Shown here piece by piece: positions 27,567 to 37,673 of a DNA stretch of 64,000 nt. Each line of letters opens with the position of its first letter. The stretch's first letter is position 1. The notes under the pieces were generated by a model. It did not search any database and was not told the DNA's origin. It saw nothing but the letters and a program-made list of their open reading frames with translations. The DNA is from Acidimicrobiia bacterium (GTDB lineage Bacteria; Actinomycetota; Acidimicrobiia; Spongiisociales; ZC4RG35). The stretch spans positions 1,715,384-1,779,383 of the forward strand of contig CBDFJY010000002.1 in the NCBI GenBank assembly GCA_965248705.1, given 5' to 3'. The position numbers were made by a program, and so were the translations under genes.

Positions 27567-28535
27567 TCACGTTCCAGCACCGACCGAAGCCATCGTTCGC
27601 GGGTCGACTAGTCCTTGAATAACGTCGCTGACGAGACTGATCGCGACGAACAAGAGACCGGTGAACAATACGACAGTCTGGATGACGGGTATGTCTCGCG
27701 CCGCAATCGCCTGAAAGACGAGAAAGCCCACACCCGGCCATGCAAAGACGACCTCAACAAACAAAGTGGCCGTGAATATAAACCCAAGCTGTAAACCGCT
27801 CACGTTTGAGATGGGGGCCACGATGTTTCTAACACCGTGACGAAACACGATAGAGGCTTCGGTTAGACCTCTTGCTTTCGCTGCCTGAATGTACGGTTGA
27901 TCCAATGCATGAGCTAGCTCGGACCTCGTCAAACGGAAGATCACTGCCATCGGAATTAGGGCAGCCGTCACTGATGGAAGAGCGGCGTGATGGAGCAAGT
28001 CCACTACGTCTGACTCGGCTCCCACCGTGCCAATCCCTGACACAGGGAAGATTCCCAGCCTTACACTGAAGATCCACACAAGAACCAAACCGAGCCAGTA
28101 CACCGGGGCACTCGCCAGTACAACAGCGAATGTAGTCATGATTCTGTCAACCGGAGAAAAGCGCTTCACTGCTGCCAGGATCCCACCAAAGAAGCCGAGA
28201 ACGAACGCTATGGCAAAACTCAAGACAACCAAGATCGCGCTGTTTACAACTGCTTGTCCGAAGATCTCTGATACGGGTGTCTGGTATCTAACGGACGTAC
28301 CAAAATCACCTTGAACGAAGAGACCGAGCCATTTCACATACTGTACCGGCCAAGGCTGGTCCCATCCCAGACTCCTAAGCAGCGCTTCACGAGCCTCTGG
28401 TCCAGCGAAGGGACCAAGAAGGAAGGAACTTGGATCCCCTGGCACAAGCTTCATAAGAAGGAACCCAACAACCGAGATACCGACCAGCATCGGCAAGATA
28501 GCAAGCGCCCGCCTGCCTATCATTCGTACTATCAC
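27567..28535 (-). CDS. ABC transporter permease (DppB-like)
   Basis: 322 aa. N-terminus RRALAILPMLVGISVVGFLL and the PYIQAAKARGLTE EAA-loop region. Confidence 0.85.
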   Translation of the reverse strand: MIVRMIGRRALAILPMLVGISVVGFLLMKLVPGDPSSFLLGPFAGPEAREALLRSLGWDQPWPVQYVKWLGLFVQGDFGTSVRYQTPVSEIFGQAVVNSAILVVLSFAIAFVLGFFGGILAAVKRFSPVDRIMTTFAVVLASAPVYWLGLVLVWIFSVRLGIFPVSGIGTVGAESDVVDLLHHAALPSVTAALIPMAVIFRLTRSELAHALDQPYIQAAKARGLTEASIVFRHGVRNIVAPISNVSGLQLGFIFTATLFVEVVFAWPGVGFLVFQAIAARDIPVIQTVVLFTGLLFVAISLVSDVIQGLVDPRTMASVGAGT

Positions 28536-28711
28536 GCTGATAACTTAATCGTTTCCTCAAGGCTGCCGCAGAACGTGGAGATCTGGTTTAGCTGCGAGGA
28601 CCCCGGTTCATCAAATACCCGCTGGGCTGAACTGGAACCACCTGCACCCCCTTTCATCGGACGAATGCCACCATGCTCCGGTCTCCTGAGCAACTGTGGA
28701 TGACCGCTCTC

Positions 28712-28742
28712 GCATGGGATGGATCTAGGCCCCATCCCATGC
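28712..28742 (-). promoter_or_regulatory. Intra-operon 11-bp perfect hairpin between the SBP and permease genes
   Basis: gcatgggatgg-atctaggcc-ccatcccatgc. It lies 28 nt after the SBP stop on the minus strand. Confidence 0.5.
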
Positions 28743-28769
28743 GATTACGAGACAGACTTGAGTCAACTA

Positions 28770-30461
28770 TCAACGGTCAAGCCACACAATGGAGTAGTCC
28801 ACAACCCAGTCCGCGGTTCGAATGAAGCCATTGACATCCGCCGCCATCGCGACAGGGAAAGTATCTGACACGATGGGGGCATGGAAGGCGAGTTCGTGAC
28901 CTCTACGAGCGGCTGCTTCGATGAACTCACTGGCTTCTTCTTGACTTGTAGCTTCATTGGCAGCTATCAAGAGCGAGTCATATTCCTCATCAGTCAGCCC
29001 TCCCGAGTTGATACCTGCAGACGGTGACGTGGACTCATACAGCCAGTAATCGGAGTTGTCCCCCCACGATATCTGGTTCATATCGACGTCATCCGGCATA
29101 CCTGTGTACCACCGGCCAACGTACGTATTCCATTCGTAAGTACGAAGCTCCAGATCTATGCCGATTTCGGCCAGGTCTCGCTGAATCCATTCAGCCATCT
29201 GTACAGGCGAGATCTGCCCGGATCCCGATGTCGACGTCTCAAACACCGCGTCAAACCCACCCTCATAGCCTGCTTCGGCAAGGAGTTCGCGCGCTCGCTC
29301 TGGGTCGTACTCATACCCCGCCCAATCTGGTACAGGGTTGAATGTCGCCGACGTAGACGAGCAGAAGCAGATAGCCGCCTCAACTGTACCGACAAGCAGT
29401 TCCGCCGCCATGCCATCTCTGTCGATCGCCAGATTGACGGCTTGTCGAACTCTCGGATCGTCAAAGGGTGGCCGCCTGTGCTGGAATTCTATATACCAAA
29501 GATGCGGAGTCGGGCCCGATGCAATCTTGAAACCGTCGTCTTCAAGCTCAGGTATCTGATCCGGAGGCACGACACGGATCATGTCCACTTCGCCGGCCCT
29601 CAGGGCGTTGACACGACCAGACTCATCTTCAATCGGTCGGAATATCAGTTCATCCACGTAGGGATGGGGAGTCCTCCAATAGTCCCGGTTTGCCTCCAGA
29701 GTCAAATGCTGTCCTCTTACCCACTCGACGAACTTGAAGGGACCGGTGCCAATGGGATGATCCGCGACCTCTTCGCCATACTCAATAACAGCTGCGGGGC
29801 TAATCATCCATGGATGACCCAGACCTGTTGTGGTGGCGAACTTCTCAATGAAGAACCCGAAGGGTGCTGACAGGACGAACTGAACCGTGAATTCATCAAC
29901 GACTTCAACAGCCTCGAGATTCTGGAATACTGTCGCGGCAAGCCCTGACAGTCCTTCTCCGATGTAATGATCGAAGCTTGGATCCCACACCCTGCGCACA
30001 TTGAACTCGACAGCTCCCGCATCAAAGGGCGTCCCATCATGGAAGGTCACACCCTCGCGCAGTGAGAATGTGTGGATCAAGCCATCCGGACTCGATTCCC
30101 ACTCGGTGGCTAGCCGTGGCACGATCTCGGGCGGGCTGCCATCGTTTGAAACGGTGTAATCGGCAGTAATGAGCTTCTCAAAGATCTGCTCGTTGACTTC
30201 ATGCGTCTGTCCTCCCGAACTCCGATGTGGATCGAGAGTGCTGATCGTTGCTTCCAGCGCTACTACGAGAGTCCCTCCCTGCTGAGCCTCTGAATCGGCG
30301 CTTGTCTCATCGGGCGCCGTCGTCTCAGCGGGTGATGTCGTCTCAGGGGGCGCCGTCGTCTCAGCAGCAGCATCTGCCGCTTCGTCCCCGTCGTCGCCGC
30401 AGGCCGCAGCCAGCAACGCCAAGACAGCCATAAGGGCAATGGCTACTTTGAATTTCTTCAT
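28770..30461 (-). CDS. ABC transporter substrate-binding lipoprotein, family 5
   Basis: 563 aa. Signal MKKFKVAIALMAVLALLAAC-GDD, an acidic/Thr-rich linker, then a family-5 SBP body. Confidence 0.9.
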   Translation of the reverse strand: MKKFKVAIALMAVLALLAAACGDDGDEAADAAAETTAPPETTSPAETTAPDETSADSEAQQGGTLVVALEATISTLDPHRSSGGQTHEVNEQIFEKLITADYTVSNDGSPPEIVPRLATEWESSPDGLIHTFSLREGVTFHDGTPFDAGAVEFNVRRVWDPSFDHYIGEGLSGLAATVFQNLEAVEVVDEFTVQFVLSAPFGFFIEKFATTTGLGHPWMISPAAVIEYGEEVADHPIGTGPFKFVEWVRGQHLTLEANRDYWRTPHPYVDELIFRPIEDESGRVNALRAGEVDMIRVVPPDQIPELEDDGFKIASGPTPHLWYIEFQHRRPPFDDPRVRQAVNLAIDRDGMAAELLVGTVEAAICFCSSTSATFNPVPDWAGYEYDPERARELLAEAGYEGGFDAVFETSTSGSGQISPVQMAEWIQRDLAEIGIDLELRTYEWNTYVGRWYTGMPDDVDMNQISWGDNSDYWLYESTSPSAGINSGGLTDEEYDSLLIAANEATSQEEASEFIEAAARRGHELAFHAPIVSDTFPVAMAADVNGFIRTADWVVDYSIVWLDR

Positions 30462-30613
30462 TGCTTATCCTTCCTGCCGGGTGCTCGCACTCGACTTAAA
30501 AAAGTGACCTGGGTCGGCAGATCAGCCGACCTCCAGTTCTAAATATATAGCCGCGTCTATCAATTCTTCCCTGGCAGGGGCATTATTTCTTGGGCACATC
30601 TCAAATATTGAGT

Positions 30614-30952
30614 GTTGTTGGGGTTGGTGAATCCGTGAGCGACGCGTCGTGGGACCTGGAGGAGGTTGTTGATCCCTTCGATGGGTCCGTTCGATGCTCG
30701 TCTGCTGGTGTGGTAGGCCAAGATCTCTTCTCCCCACGCGATGATCGTGTCCACGATGTCGCGGTATTCGCGGATCTGGCCTGTGGCGTAGAGATCAGCG
30801 AACCGTCCCAGAGCCTCGTTGGCCTGATCGAGGTCGCCAGCTTCGTAGAGATGGTAGAACTCCTGGAGCGCGTCCCACGCGGTACGGAGACGTGGATGAG
30901 CGTCGACCAGCCGGTCGAGGTGCGCCTGGTGGGCGTCGCTGAGATGATCCGG
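30614..30952 (-). mobile_element. ISL3 transposase C-terminal fragment (both ends truncated)
   Basis: The minus strand encodes ..DTIIAWGEEILAYHTSRRASNGPIEGINNLLQVPRRVAHGFTNPNN. It is roughly 95% identical by eye to 35295-35632, in inverted orientation. Confidence 0.8.
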
Positions 30953-31003
30953 TACACTACATCAGTCACAATCGTCCGGAGAGTCAAAGTTATTGATCTT
31001 GAT

Positions 31004-32734
31004 ATGAGGCTAGACCCGATTCAGTTTGAGGTTATTCGAAATGCTCTGCTCGAGATCACCGAAGAAATGAGCGCCACCGTTAGGCGTAGCGCGTATTCCA
31101 CGAACATCAAGACGAGAGCCGATTTCTCATGTGCCCTGTATGACGAGCACCTTCGCGTCGTCGCTCAGTCGTTCGCCCAGCCGACCCACCTCGGATCGGC
31201 CGTCGAAGTGGTGCCCAACGCCATCCGCGAATACGGTGCTGACAACATTGAACCTGGCGATAGCATCGTCCTGAATCACCCTTACATCGGTGGAGGACAC
31301 CTAAACGATGTGACCCTCATCTCTCCGGTGTGGTACAAGAATCGTCGACTCGGATATGTAGCCAACATCGCCCATCACGTTGACGTCGGCGGGGGAGCTC
31401 CATCCAGTATCGGAGCATTTACGGAGGTATTCCAGGAGGGGGTGATCATCCCGCCTCTGAAATTGGTGCGTAGCGGAGAGGTCGTTGACGAGATCTTCCA
31501 ACTCATTCTGTCTCAGATACGCTCGAAGCGGGAGTTCGCGGGCGACTTTCGTGCCCAGATCGCCTCAAATCAAGCTGGAATCCATAGGCTAACGGCATTA
31601 CTAGACCGTTTCGGCCCTGAAGTAGTCGAGACTGGGATCGAACAGATTCTGTCCTACACGGAACAGCGTATTCGAGTCGAGGTGGGAGCTCTTCCGCGTG
31701 GCGTTTTCACGGCAGAGGGCTACGTGGATACTGACGGGTACACGCCTGATCCTGTTCGACTTGCTGTCAAGGTTGTCATCGATGACGACGGTGTGCTATT
31801 TGATTTCGATGGCTCGGATCGTCAGCGGAAAGCGCCAGTGAACGCTACGTTCGCGATGACGTTCGCGACGTGTGCGTACGTCCTCAAGGCATTGACCGAT
31901 CCCGATGTGCCAGTGAATGCGGGATTCTACGGCGCAGTACGCATAAACGCACCCGCAGGGTCCGTCGTGAATTGCGTGTATCCTGCTCCCGTAGTGGGAG
32001 GATGGGAAACTCAGATGAGACTCACAGACATCATTTTCAAGGCGTTGTCTCCCGCACTGCCTGAGATGATTCCCGCAGGTACAGAGGGGATGATCTGCCA
32101 CGCTGGTTTTGGCGGAGAGGACCCTCGTACTGGCGAGTATTACTGCTTCCTTGAGACGCTCGCTGGCGGTTATGGGGGTAGGGCTAAGAGTGACGGTCCC
32201 GACGCAGTCCAATGCCATGGGAAGAACACTGAGAACGCTCCAATCGAGGAGACCGAATCGAGTTACCCCGTCAGGATCGTTCGTTATGAGTTGGTAGAGA
32301 ACTCAGAAGGTGCGGGAAGACACAGGGGGGGACTTGGGCTACGACGTGACTATCTTTTTCCCGATCATGAAGCGTCCTTCACAGTCCTCGCTGACCGGGA
32401 TCGCTGGGGCCCACACGGGCTGTTCGGAGGACTTCCGGGAGCTAAGGCTGAGTACGTTCTCGTCTCGAAAGGCGAGACCAGCACGGTCGGCGCTAAGTCA
32501 ACTTTGCAGTTGAAGCCAGGGGACCTCGTCAGTTACCGAACCTGTGGCGGTGGGGGCTTTGGCCCGCCAAGTGAGAGGGATCCGGTCAGTGTTCTTGCCG
32601 ACGTAAGAGATGGAAAAGTCAGTGCCGAGAGAGCACGAGAGGTCTACTGCGTGGTGATTGATCCCAAGGATCTGGTCATAGACGAAGAGCAAACCAGTGT
32701 TCTTAGGGGTTCCAATGGCGTGGATGAGCAGTGA
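31004..32734 (+). CDS. hyuB: Hydantoinase B / oxoprolinase family protein
   Basis: True start is ATG 31004 (MRLDPIQFEVIRNALLEITEEM...). The 138 codons upstream in ORF 30590..32734 are antisense to the ISL3 fragment. Confidence 0.85.
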   Translation: MRLDPIQFEVIRNALLEITEEMSATVRRSAYSTNIKTRADFSCALYDEHLRVVAQSFAQPTHLGSAVEVVPNAIREYGADNIEPGDSIVLNHPYIGGGHLNDVTLISPVWYKNRRLGYVANIAHHVDVGGGAPSSIGAFTEVFQEGVIIPPLKLVRSGEVVDEIFQLILSQIRSKREFAGDFRAQIASNQAGIHRLTALLDRFGPEVVETGIEQILSYTEQRIRVEVGALPRGVFTAEGYVDTDGYTPDPVRLAVKVVIDDDGVLFDFDGSDRQRKAPVNATFAMTFATCAYVLKALTDPDVPVNAGFYGAVRINAPAGSVVNCVYPAPVVGGWETQMRLTDIIFKALSPALPEMIPAGTEGMICHAGFGGEDPRTGEYYCFLETLAGGYGGRAKSDGPDAVQCHGKNTENAPIEETESSYPVRIVRYELVENSEGAGRHRGGLGLRRDYLFPDHEASFTVLADRDRWGPHGLFGGLPGAKAEYVLVSKGETSTVGAKSTLQLKPGDLVSYRTCGGGGFGPPSERDPVSVLADVRDGKVSAERAREVYCVVIDPKDLVIDEEQTSVLRGSNGVDEQ

Positions 32735-32756
32735 AGACGCGCCCTTCACGACCTGA

Positions 32757-34874
32757 TTGGATGGGAGCAAGGCGAGCATGACAAGCCGGATTGGAATTGA
32801 CATTGGTGGCACGTTCACAGATGCAACCGTGATTAACGAAGCAACTGGCGAGATTTTCATCGACAAGGTCACTTCCACTCCTCGTGATCCATCGATTGGT
32901 TTTCTACAGGCGACCAATCGGATATTGGAACGCAATGAGCTGGACCCAAGCTCTATGGCATATCTAGTTCATGGTACGACTGTTGCTACCAATGCAATTA
33001 TTGAGAATAGTCTGGCGAGATCTGCGTTTATCACGACGGATGGATTCAGGGATATGCTTGAGATTGGACGGCAGAATCGCCCCGTACTGTATGACCTTGG
33101 GTTTGAGAAACTTCGACCGCTGGTACCGCGCTATTTGTGTTTTGAGATACGAGAGCGCCTCGATGCCTCGGGCAATGTTGTCGTTCCAATTCATGTGGAA
33201 GATGTCAAATCAGTGGCCCGAAAGATGAAGGAGGAGGAAGTTGAGTCAATCGCTGTGTGTCTTCTGCATGCACATATCAATCCGGTTCATGAGGTAACCG
33301 TTGGCGAAATACTACGGTCCATGCTTCCAGAGACGGCCGTTTCGCTTTCGAGCGAGGTGGCACCAGAATTTCGGGAGTATTTTCGCGCCAGCACCACAAC
33401 GATCAATGCTGGAATTCGCCCAGTCATTTCGCGATATCTTGAGAGTATCGAGAGTCGCCTTCGAGCTGAAAGCATGACAGGTGAGCTTCTTGTGATGCAA
33501 AGCAATGGGGGACTGCAGACGTTCGAGGTAGCGGCCGAGAAGCCAGTATTCATGGTGGAGTCGGGGCCGGCCGCCGGAGTCATGGCGGCGACCTACCTCG
33601 GAGAGTCGCTCGGGTTCAGCAACATGATCTCGCTGGATATGGGCGGGACCACGGCAAAAGTCGGCCTGATTCTGGATGGCGTACCGAACGTGACAAAGGA
33701 TTACGAGGTGGGCGCAACCGCCCGACCAGGAATGGGGAGTGGTCGCGGTTCGGGCTATCCGATTCGTACTCCTGTCATTGACCTGGTTGAGATCGGAGCC
33801 GGAGGTGGATCAATCGCTTGGGTGGATTCAGGCGGTGCACTAAGGGTGGGGCCAAGAAGTGCTGGCGCTGATCCGGGCCCAGCGTGCTACGGCTGGGGCG
33901 GCCTGGAGCCGACGGTGACTGATGCCAACCTCGTCCTCGGACGGCTGAACCCCGAGTACTTCCTCGGCGGCGAGATAAAGCTCGACGTCGAGAGGGCTTC
34001 GGAGGCGATCGAAGGATTGGCATCCCAGTTAGGCATGGATCTAATCGATGCAGCTTACGGAATCTTGGAGATTGCCAATGCCGCAATGGTGAGTGCCCTG
34101 AGGTTGATCTCCATACAACGTGGATATGACCCGCGCGAATTCGCTCTTGTCGCCTTCGGTGGAGCCGGTCCTTTGCACAGTGGAAGAATCGCCATCGAAC
34201 TCGGATTTTCTCACACCATCGTGCCGCTTAGCCCTGGCATCTTCTCGGCATTGGGACTCCTCGTGACTGATCTGAAGCACGACTTCTCGAGAACGGTTCT
34301 GCAGAACGTCGAAAGACTTGATCTGACGATCATCGAAGGGCTTTTTCAAGAGCTGGAAGAAGAGGGCCGTGACCTACTTGGGCGTGAAGGCGTCAAGGAG
34401 GAGGATGTTCAAGTTCGACGTTACGCTGAAATGCGCTACGTCGGTCAGAGCTATGAGCTCTCCCTCGACCTTCCAGATGGCGTTCTCACTCATAGCGACT
34501 TGGATCAGATCCTCGACCAGTTCGCCAAAGAGCATGATCGGGTTTACGGGTTCAGCGTCCCAGGTGAACCCGTAGAGATCGTCAACATACGTTTGAGTGC
34601 CCTCGGCGACATTCGCAAGCCTAGACTGAGAGAAATCGGGAACAGTGGAACTGGGTCGGAATCTGCACACAAGGGAGCCCGATCTGTCTATTTCGACGAG
34701 AGCGGCGGATACATTGAGTGCCCCATATTCGACCGTTACAAGCTTGCTCAGGGCATTTCACTGATCGGTCCAGCCATAATCGAAGAACCGGATTCTACGA
34801 CGGTTGTGCATCCCGGCTACAGCGTGAACATCGATCAATATGGAAACCTGTTGTTGACCTCGGATGGCGGATAG
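32757..34874 (+). CDS. hyuA: Hydantoinase A / oxoprolinase family protein
   Basis: 705 aa. RIGIDIGGTFTD ATPase motif (an alternative start is ATG 32778). Colinear with HyuA-type proteins. Confidence 0.85.
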   Translation: MDGSKASMTSRIGIDIGGTFTDATVINEATGEIFIDKVTSTPRDPSIGFLQATNRILERNELDPSSMAYLVHGTTVATNAIIENSLARSAFITTDGFRDMLEIGRQNRPVLYDLGFEKLRPLVPRYLCFEIRERLDASGNVVVPIHVEDVKSVARKMKEEEVESIAVCLLHAHINPVHEVTVGEILRSMLPETAVSLSSEVAPEFREYFRASTTTINAGIRPVISRYLESIESRLRAESMTGELLVMQSNGGLQTFEVAAEKPVFMVESGPAAGVMAATYLGESLGFSNMISLDMGGTTAKVGLILDGVPNVTKDYEVGATARPGMGSGRGSGYPIRTPVIDLVEIGAGGGSIAWVDSGGALRVGPRSAGADPGPACYGWGGLEPTVTDANLVLGRLNPEYFLGGEIKLDVERASEAIEGLASQLGMDLIDAAYGILEIANAAMVSALRLISIQRGYDPREFALVAFGGAGPLHSGRIAIELGFSHTIVPLSPGIFSALGLLVTDLKHDFSRTVLQNVERLDLTIIEGLFQELEEEGRDLLGREGVKEEDVQVRRYAEMRYVGQSYELSLDLPDGVLTHSDLDQILDQFAKEHDRVYGFSVPGEPVEIVNIRLSALGDIRKPRLREIGNSGTGSESAHKGARSVYFDESGGYIECPIFDRYKLAQGISLIGPAIIEEPDSTTVVHPGYSVNIDQYGNLLLTSDGG

Positions 34875-34961
34875 CCGGAGAGGCTCGTCACGCCGAACAG
34901 AGAGCTGACTGCTTCGCCAAGGTTGCTCTAACGCAAATCACGCGCACGCCGGAAACCAGTT

Positions 34962-35709
34962 GGCCCTGCGCGGAAATGTGGGGTTGGGTGGGTTGAAATC
35001 CTTGGATTGGGGGTGAGGCCTCGCTGGAATCGGTAAAGTACCAACTCGCCGATTCGAGGAGGCCTCGATGTCTGATGTTATGTCTGTTCGTCTGCACTTG
35101 TCGGGTTCGCGTTAGGAGCGATCGCGCAGTATCTACCGGACGGTCTTCACGTACTCGATCGTTTTCACGTGGGGCGCTGGTTCACCGAGGGCCTCACCCT
35201 GGTACGACGCGAGATACAACGCCGCCCCCTGATCAGCGTCCGCCGACCTACGAACCGGATCTGTTCCGGGCCCGCTTCACGCTCCTGCGGCGCGCGGATC
35301 ATCTCAGCGACGCCTACCAGGCGCACCTCGACCGGCTGTTCGACGCTCATCCACGTCTCCGTACCGCCTGGGACGCGCTCCAGGAGCTCTACCAGCTCTA
35401 CGAAGCCGACGACCTCGATCAGGCCAACGAGGCTCTGGGACGGTTCGCTGATCTCTACGCCACAGGCCAGATCCCCGAGTACCGCGACATCGTGGACACG
35501 ATCATCGCGTGGGGAGAAGAGATCTTGGCCTACCACGCCAGCAGACGAGCATCGAACGGACCCATCGAAGGGATCAACAACCTCCTCCAAGTCCTACGAC
35601 GCGTCGCTCACGGGTTCACCAACCCCAACAACTACGCAGCCCGAGGGATCCTCGTAACATGACCTCAACACCGAGCACAGCACCCCAAAACCCACGATTT
35701 CGCGCAGCC
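34962..35709 (+). mobile_element. Non-autonomous ISL3 derivative (748 bp) with both termini and a large internal deletion
   Basis: Left end ggccctgcgcggaaatgtgggg; right end cccacgatttcgcgcagcc. It keeps MSDVMSVRLHLSG (the transposase N-terminus), then jumps to ..YLPDGLHVLDRFHVGRWFTEGLTLVRREIQ.. and the complete C-terminus. Confidence 0.8.
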
Positions 35710-35986
35710 TCATCCGTTCCACTACTGGCTAGAGTCCCTCTGAGTCATGATGGCTGGCAGGACTGAGTGGTATCACGACACTCACATAGAATGTAGCTCA
35801 GACCGGCTACGCACACCCGCATCCCAAGCAGAGGAGAAACAGCAACACCGTGTCGACGAATCAGACCGGGCGAGCCTACGACGAAGTGAAGGATCCGTTG
35901 CGGCTGGCAGGCGGAATATCGATCAGCATTCCAGGGATGAGAACGTGGATTCGGGATCGGAGTAGAAACCTGTTGCTGTCCGGTAC

Positions 35987-36328
35987 CTAATCAGTAGGTA
36001 TCTTAACTCCGAGGAGTGGAGCGTGCTGCTGACAACCGTACACGTCCCGATCCCTGGGGCTACCAGAAACCGCTGGTCGTACGATTGTGATCTTGAGGCC
36101 TCGAGCTGAATCGTGCCATGCAAGGTTGATTACGTCGCTCTTGTCGATTCCGTAGCACCGCGAAACCAAAGAATCGGTAATGATGCCCGACATCTTCACT
36201 TGGCTAAACGCCTCGGCGCTATCAAAAAATACATCAAGAGTCAGCAAATACGGCCCAGCATTCTTGCTTCTGAGGATGCTTGCGACCTCGCCCAGGGTCG
36301 TGTTCATATCAGCTATAGCTCCCAACAT
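35987..36328 (-). CDS. DUF4387-type small protein (AtuA partner)
   Basis: 113 aa. LGEVASILRSKNAGPYLLTLDVFF motif. Overlaps the upstream AtuA-family gene by 20 nt. Confidence 0.7.
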   Translation of the reverse strand: MLGAIADMNTTLGEVASILRSKNAGPYLLTLDVFFDSAEAFSQVKMSGIITDSLVSRCYGIDKSDVINLAWHDSARGLKITIVRPAVSGSPRDRDVYGCQQHAPLLGVKIPTD

Positions 36329-37673
36329 CTACTTCAAAACATTCATCTGGCGAGTCGAGAGTCATCAAGTGATGCACGCTGAACTCATAGACCGGCCCGC
36401 ACGATAGGGTTCCTGGCGCAAGAGGGTATGCCAAGTTAGCCGCAGTTGCCTTGATACCAGGATACTTGAAGTGATCGATCGATGACCGGACGAAGGCAAC
36501 GATGGTATCTGCCAGCGTTTGCGACTCAGCGACAACCCTGATTAGGAGGCCTACTTCGTGAGCGGGGATTGGGGTGGGTTCTAGATGTCCCATCACTCCA
36601 TCTCGTCCATACACTACAAAATCGAGATCAAAGTCGTCACTAAACCGCTGGGCGGTAGCCTCGTGGACGGCGTCGATGATCAAATCAATATTGGAAATGA
36701 AATACGGATCTCGTGCGCCGGCAATAGTGATCGAACGATATCCACGCTGGGTGGCACCCTCGATGAGCACTTCATACCGATCACTCTCGCGCCATTCACT
36801 CCCGGAGATGTTGACCCACCCATCCTGGGCTTGCTCGAATTCACTGTTTCCCATCCAGACGTGCCCACCGGGCAAGTTCAATCTGGCTGGGTCTGATTCC
36901 TCATAAAAGCTTTGGGCGGCGACAGAACGGGGTGAGCAGACGATGGAGTGTTTGGGCGAGCCGACCGTGAAATGGTCTTCCCTGATTATTCCCGTCATGG
37001 ACTCGGCGGCACCATGGTCTGCCTCAGAACACATGGCACCACATTCGAGAATCTGGCCCATGTGCCAAGCTAGGCCCTTGGGATAGCCTTCCCTAATCGC
37101 CAAAGCAGCAAAAATTGCGGCATCGCAGCTTCGGCCAGCGATCACGAGATCTGGTTCGAGATCGAGTGCCTCCACTATTTGTTCGACACCCATTAGGCCG
37201 ACTATGTGAGTCGTTTCTTCGATCGTTTGGACGGAAAGTTGCTCCTCTGGCCCCAGACTTCTTATCTTGCCGGCACGGAGTTTTCGCTTGATGTAATCCT
37301 TGTGCAGCTCTGAACGAACGGTTGCGATGCGGAGGCTCCATCCACGCTCACGAGCAATTTCGTGGGCGATGTCAAGCATCCATTCGATCCCAAAGTCAGA
37401 CCCGGACGTTCCAGCGGAGCCGATAACCACGGGAATGCGCCGTGAGCGGCTGGCAGTCAGAATCCTGCCCAGGTCGTCGGTCGTTGTGGATCGTGCTGCC
37501 TCCACAATGCCCCCACCCAGATTGTGTGGACCAGAGTCTGTTGAGCCTGCATCAATTCCTATGACGTGCGGGTTCAGAGCTAAGTTCATTTCGAAGCTGT
37601 CATCAGGGAATCCGAAACCCAGCATGCCCGTAGGGACTAGAGTCCGTAGCTCTCGACTTGCCCTGTGGACCAT
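36309..37673 (-). CDS. Acyclic terpene utilisation AtuA-family (DUF1446) protein
   Basis: 454 aa. N-terminus PTGMLGFGF...VIGIDAGSTDSGPHNLGGG is typical of the family. The pairing with DUF4387 is the usual arrangement. Confidence 0.7.
   Translation of the reverse strand: MVHRASRELRTLVPTGMLGFGFPDDSFEMNLALNPHVIGIDAGSTDSGPHNLGGGIVEAARSTTTDDLGRILTASRSRRIPVVIGSAGTSGSDFGIEWMLDIAHEIARERGWSLRIATVRSELHKDYIKRKLRAGKIRSLGPEEQLSVQTIEETTHIVGLMGVEQIVEALDLEPDLVIAGRSCDAAIFAALAIREGYPKGLAWHMGQILECGAMCSEADHGAAESMTGIIREDHFTVGSPKHSIVCSPRSVAAQSFYEESDPARLNLPGGHVWMGNSEFEQAQDGWVNISGSEWRESDRYEVLIEGATQRGYRSITIAGARDPYFISNIDLIIDAVHEATAQRFSDDFDLDFVVYGRDGVMGHLEPTPIPAHEVGLLIRVVAESQTLADTIVAFVRSSIDHFKYPGIKATAANLAYPLAPGTLSCGPVYEFSVHHLMTLDSPDECFEVDVGSYS

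Noticed and set aside
30590-31003. 138-codon N-terminal extension making hyuB 714 aa
   Set aside because: The extension is the antisense of the ISL3 transposase fragment. The conserved HyuB N-terminus starts at ATG 31004.
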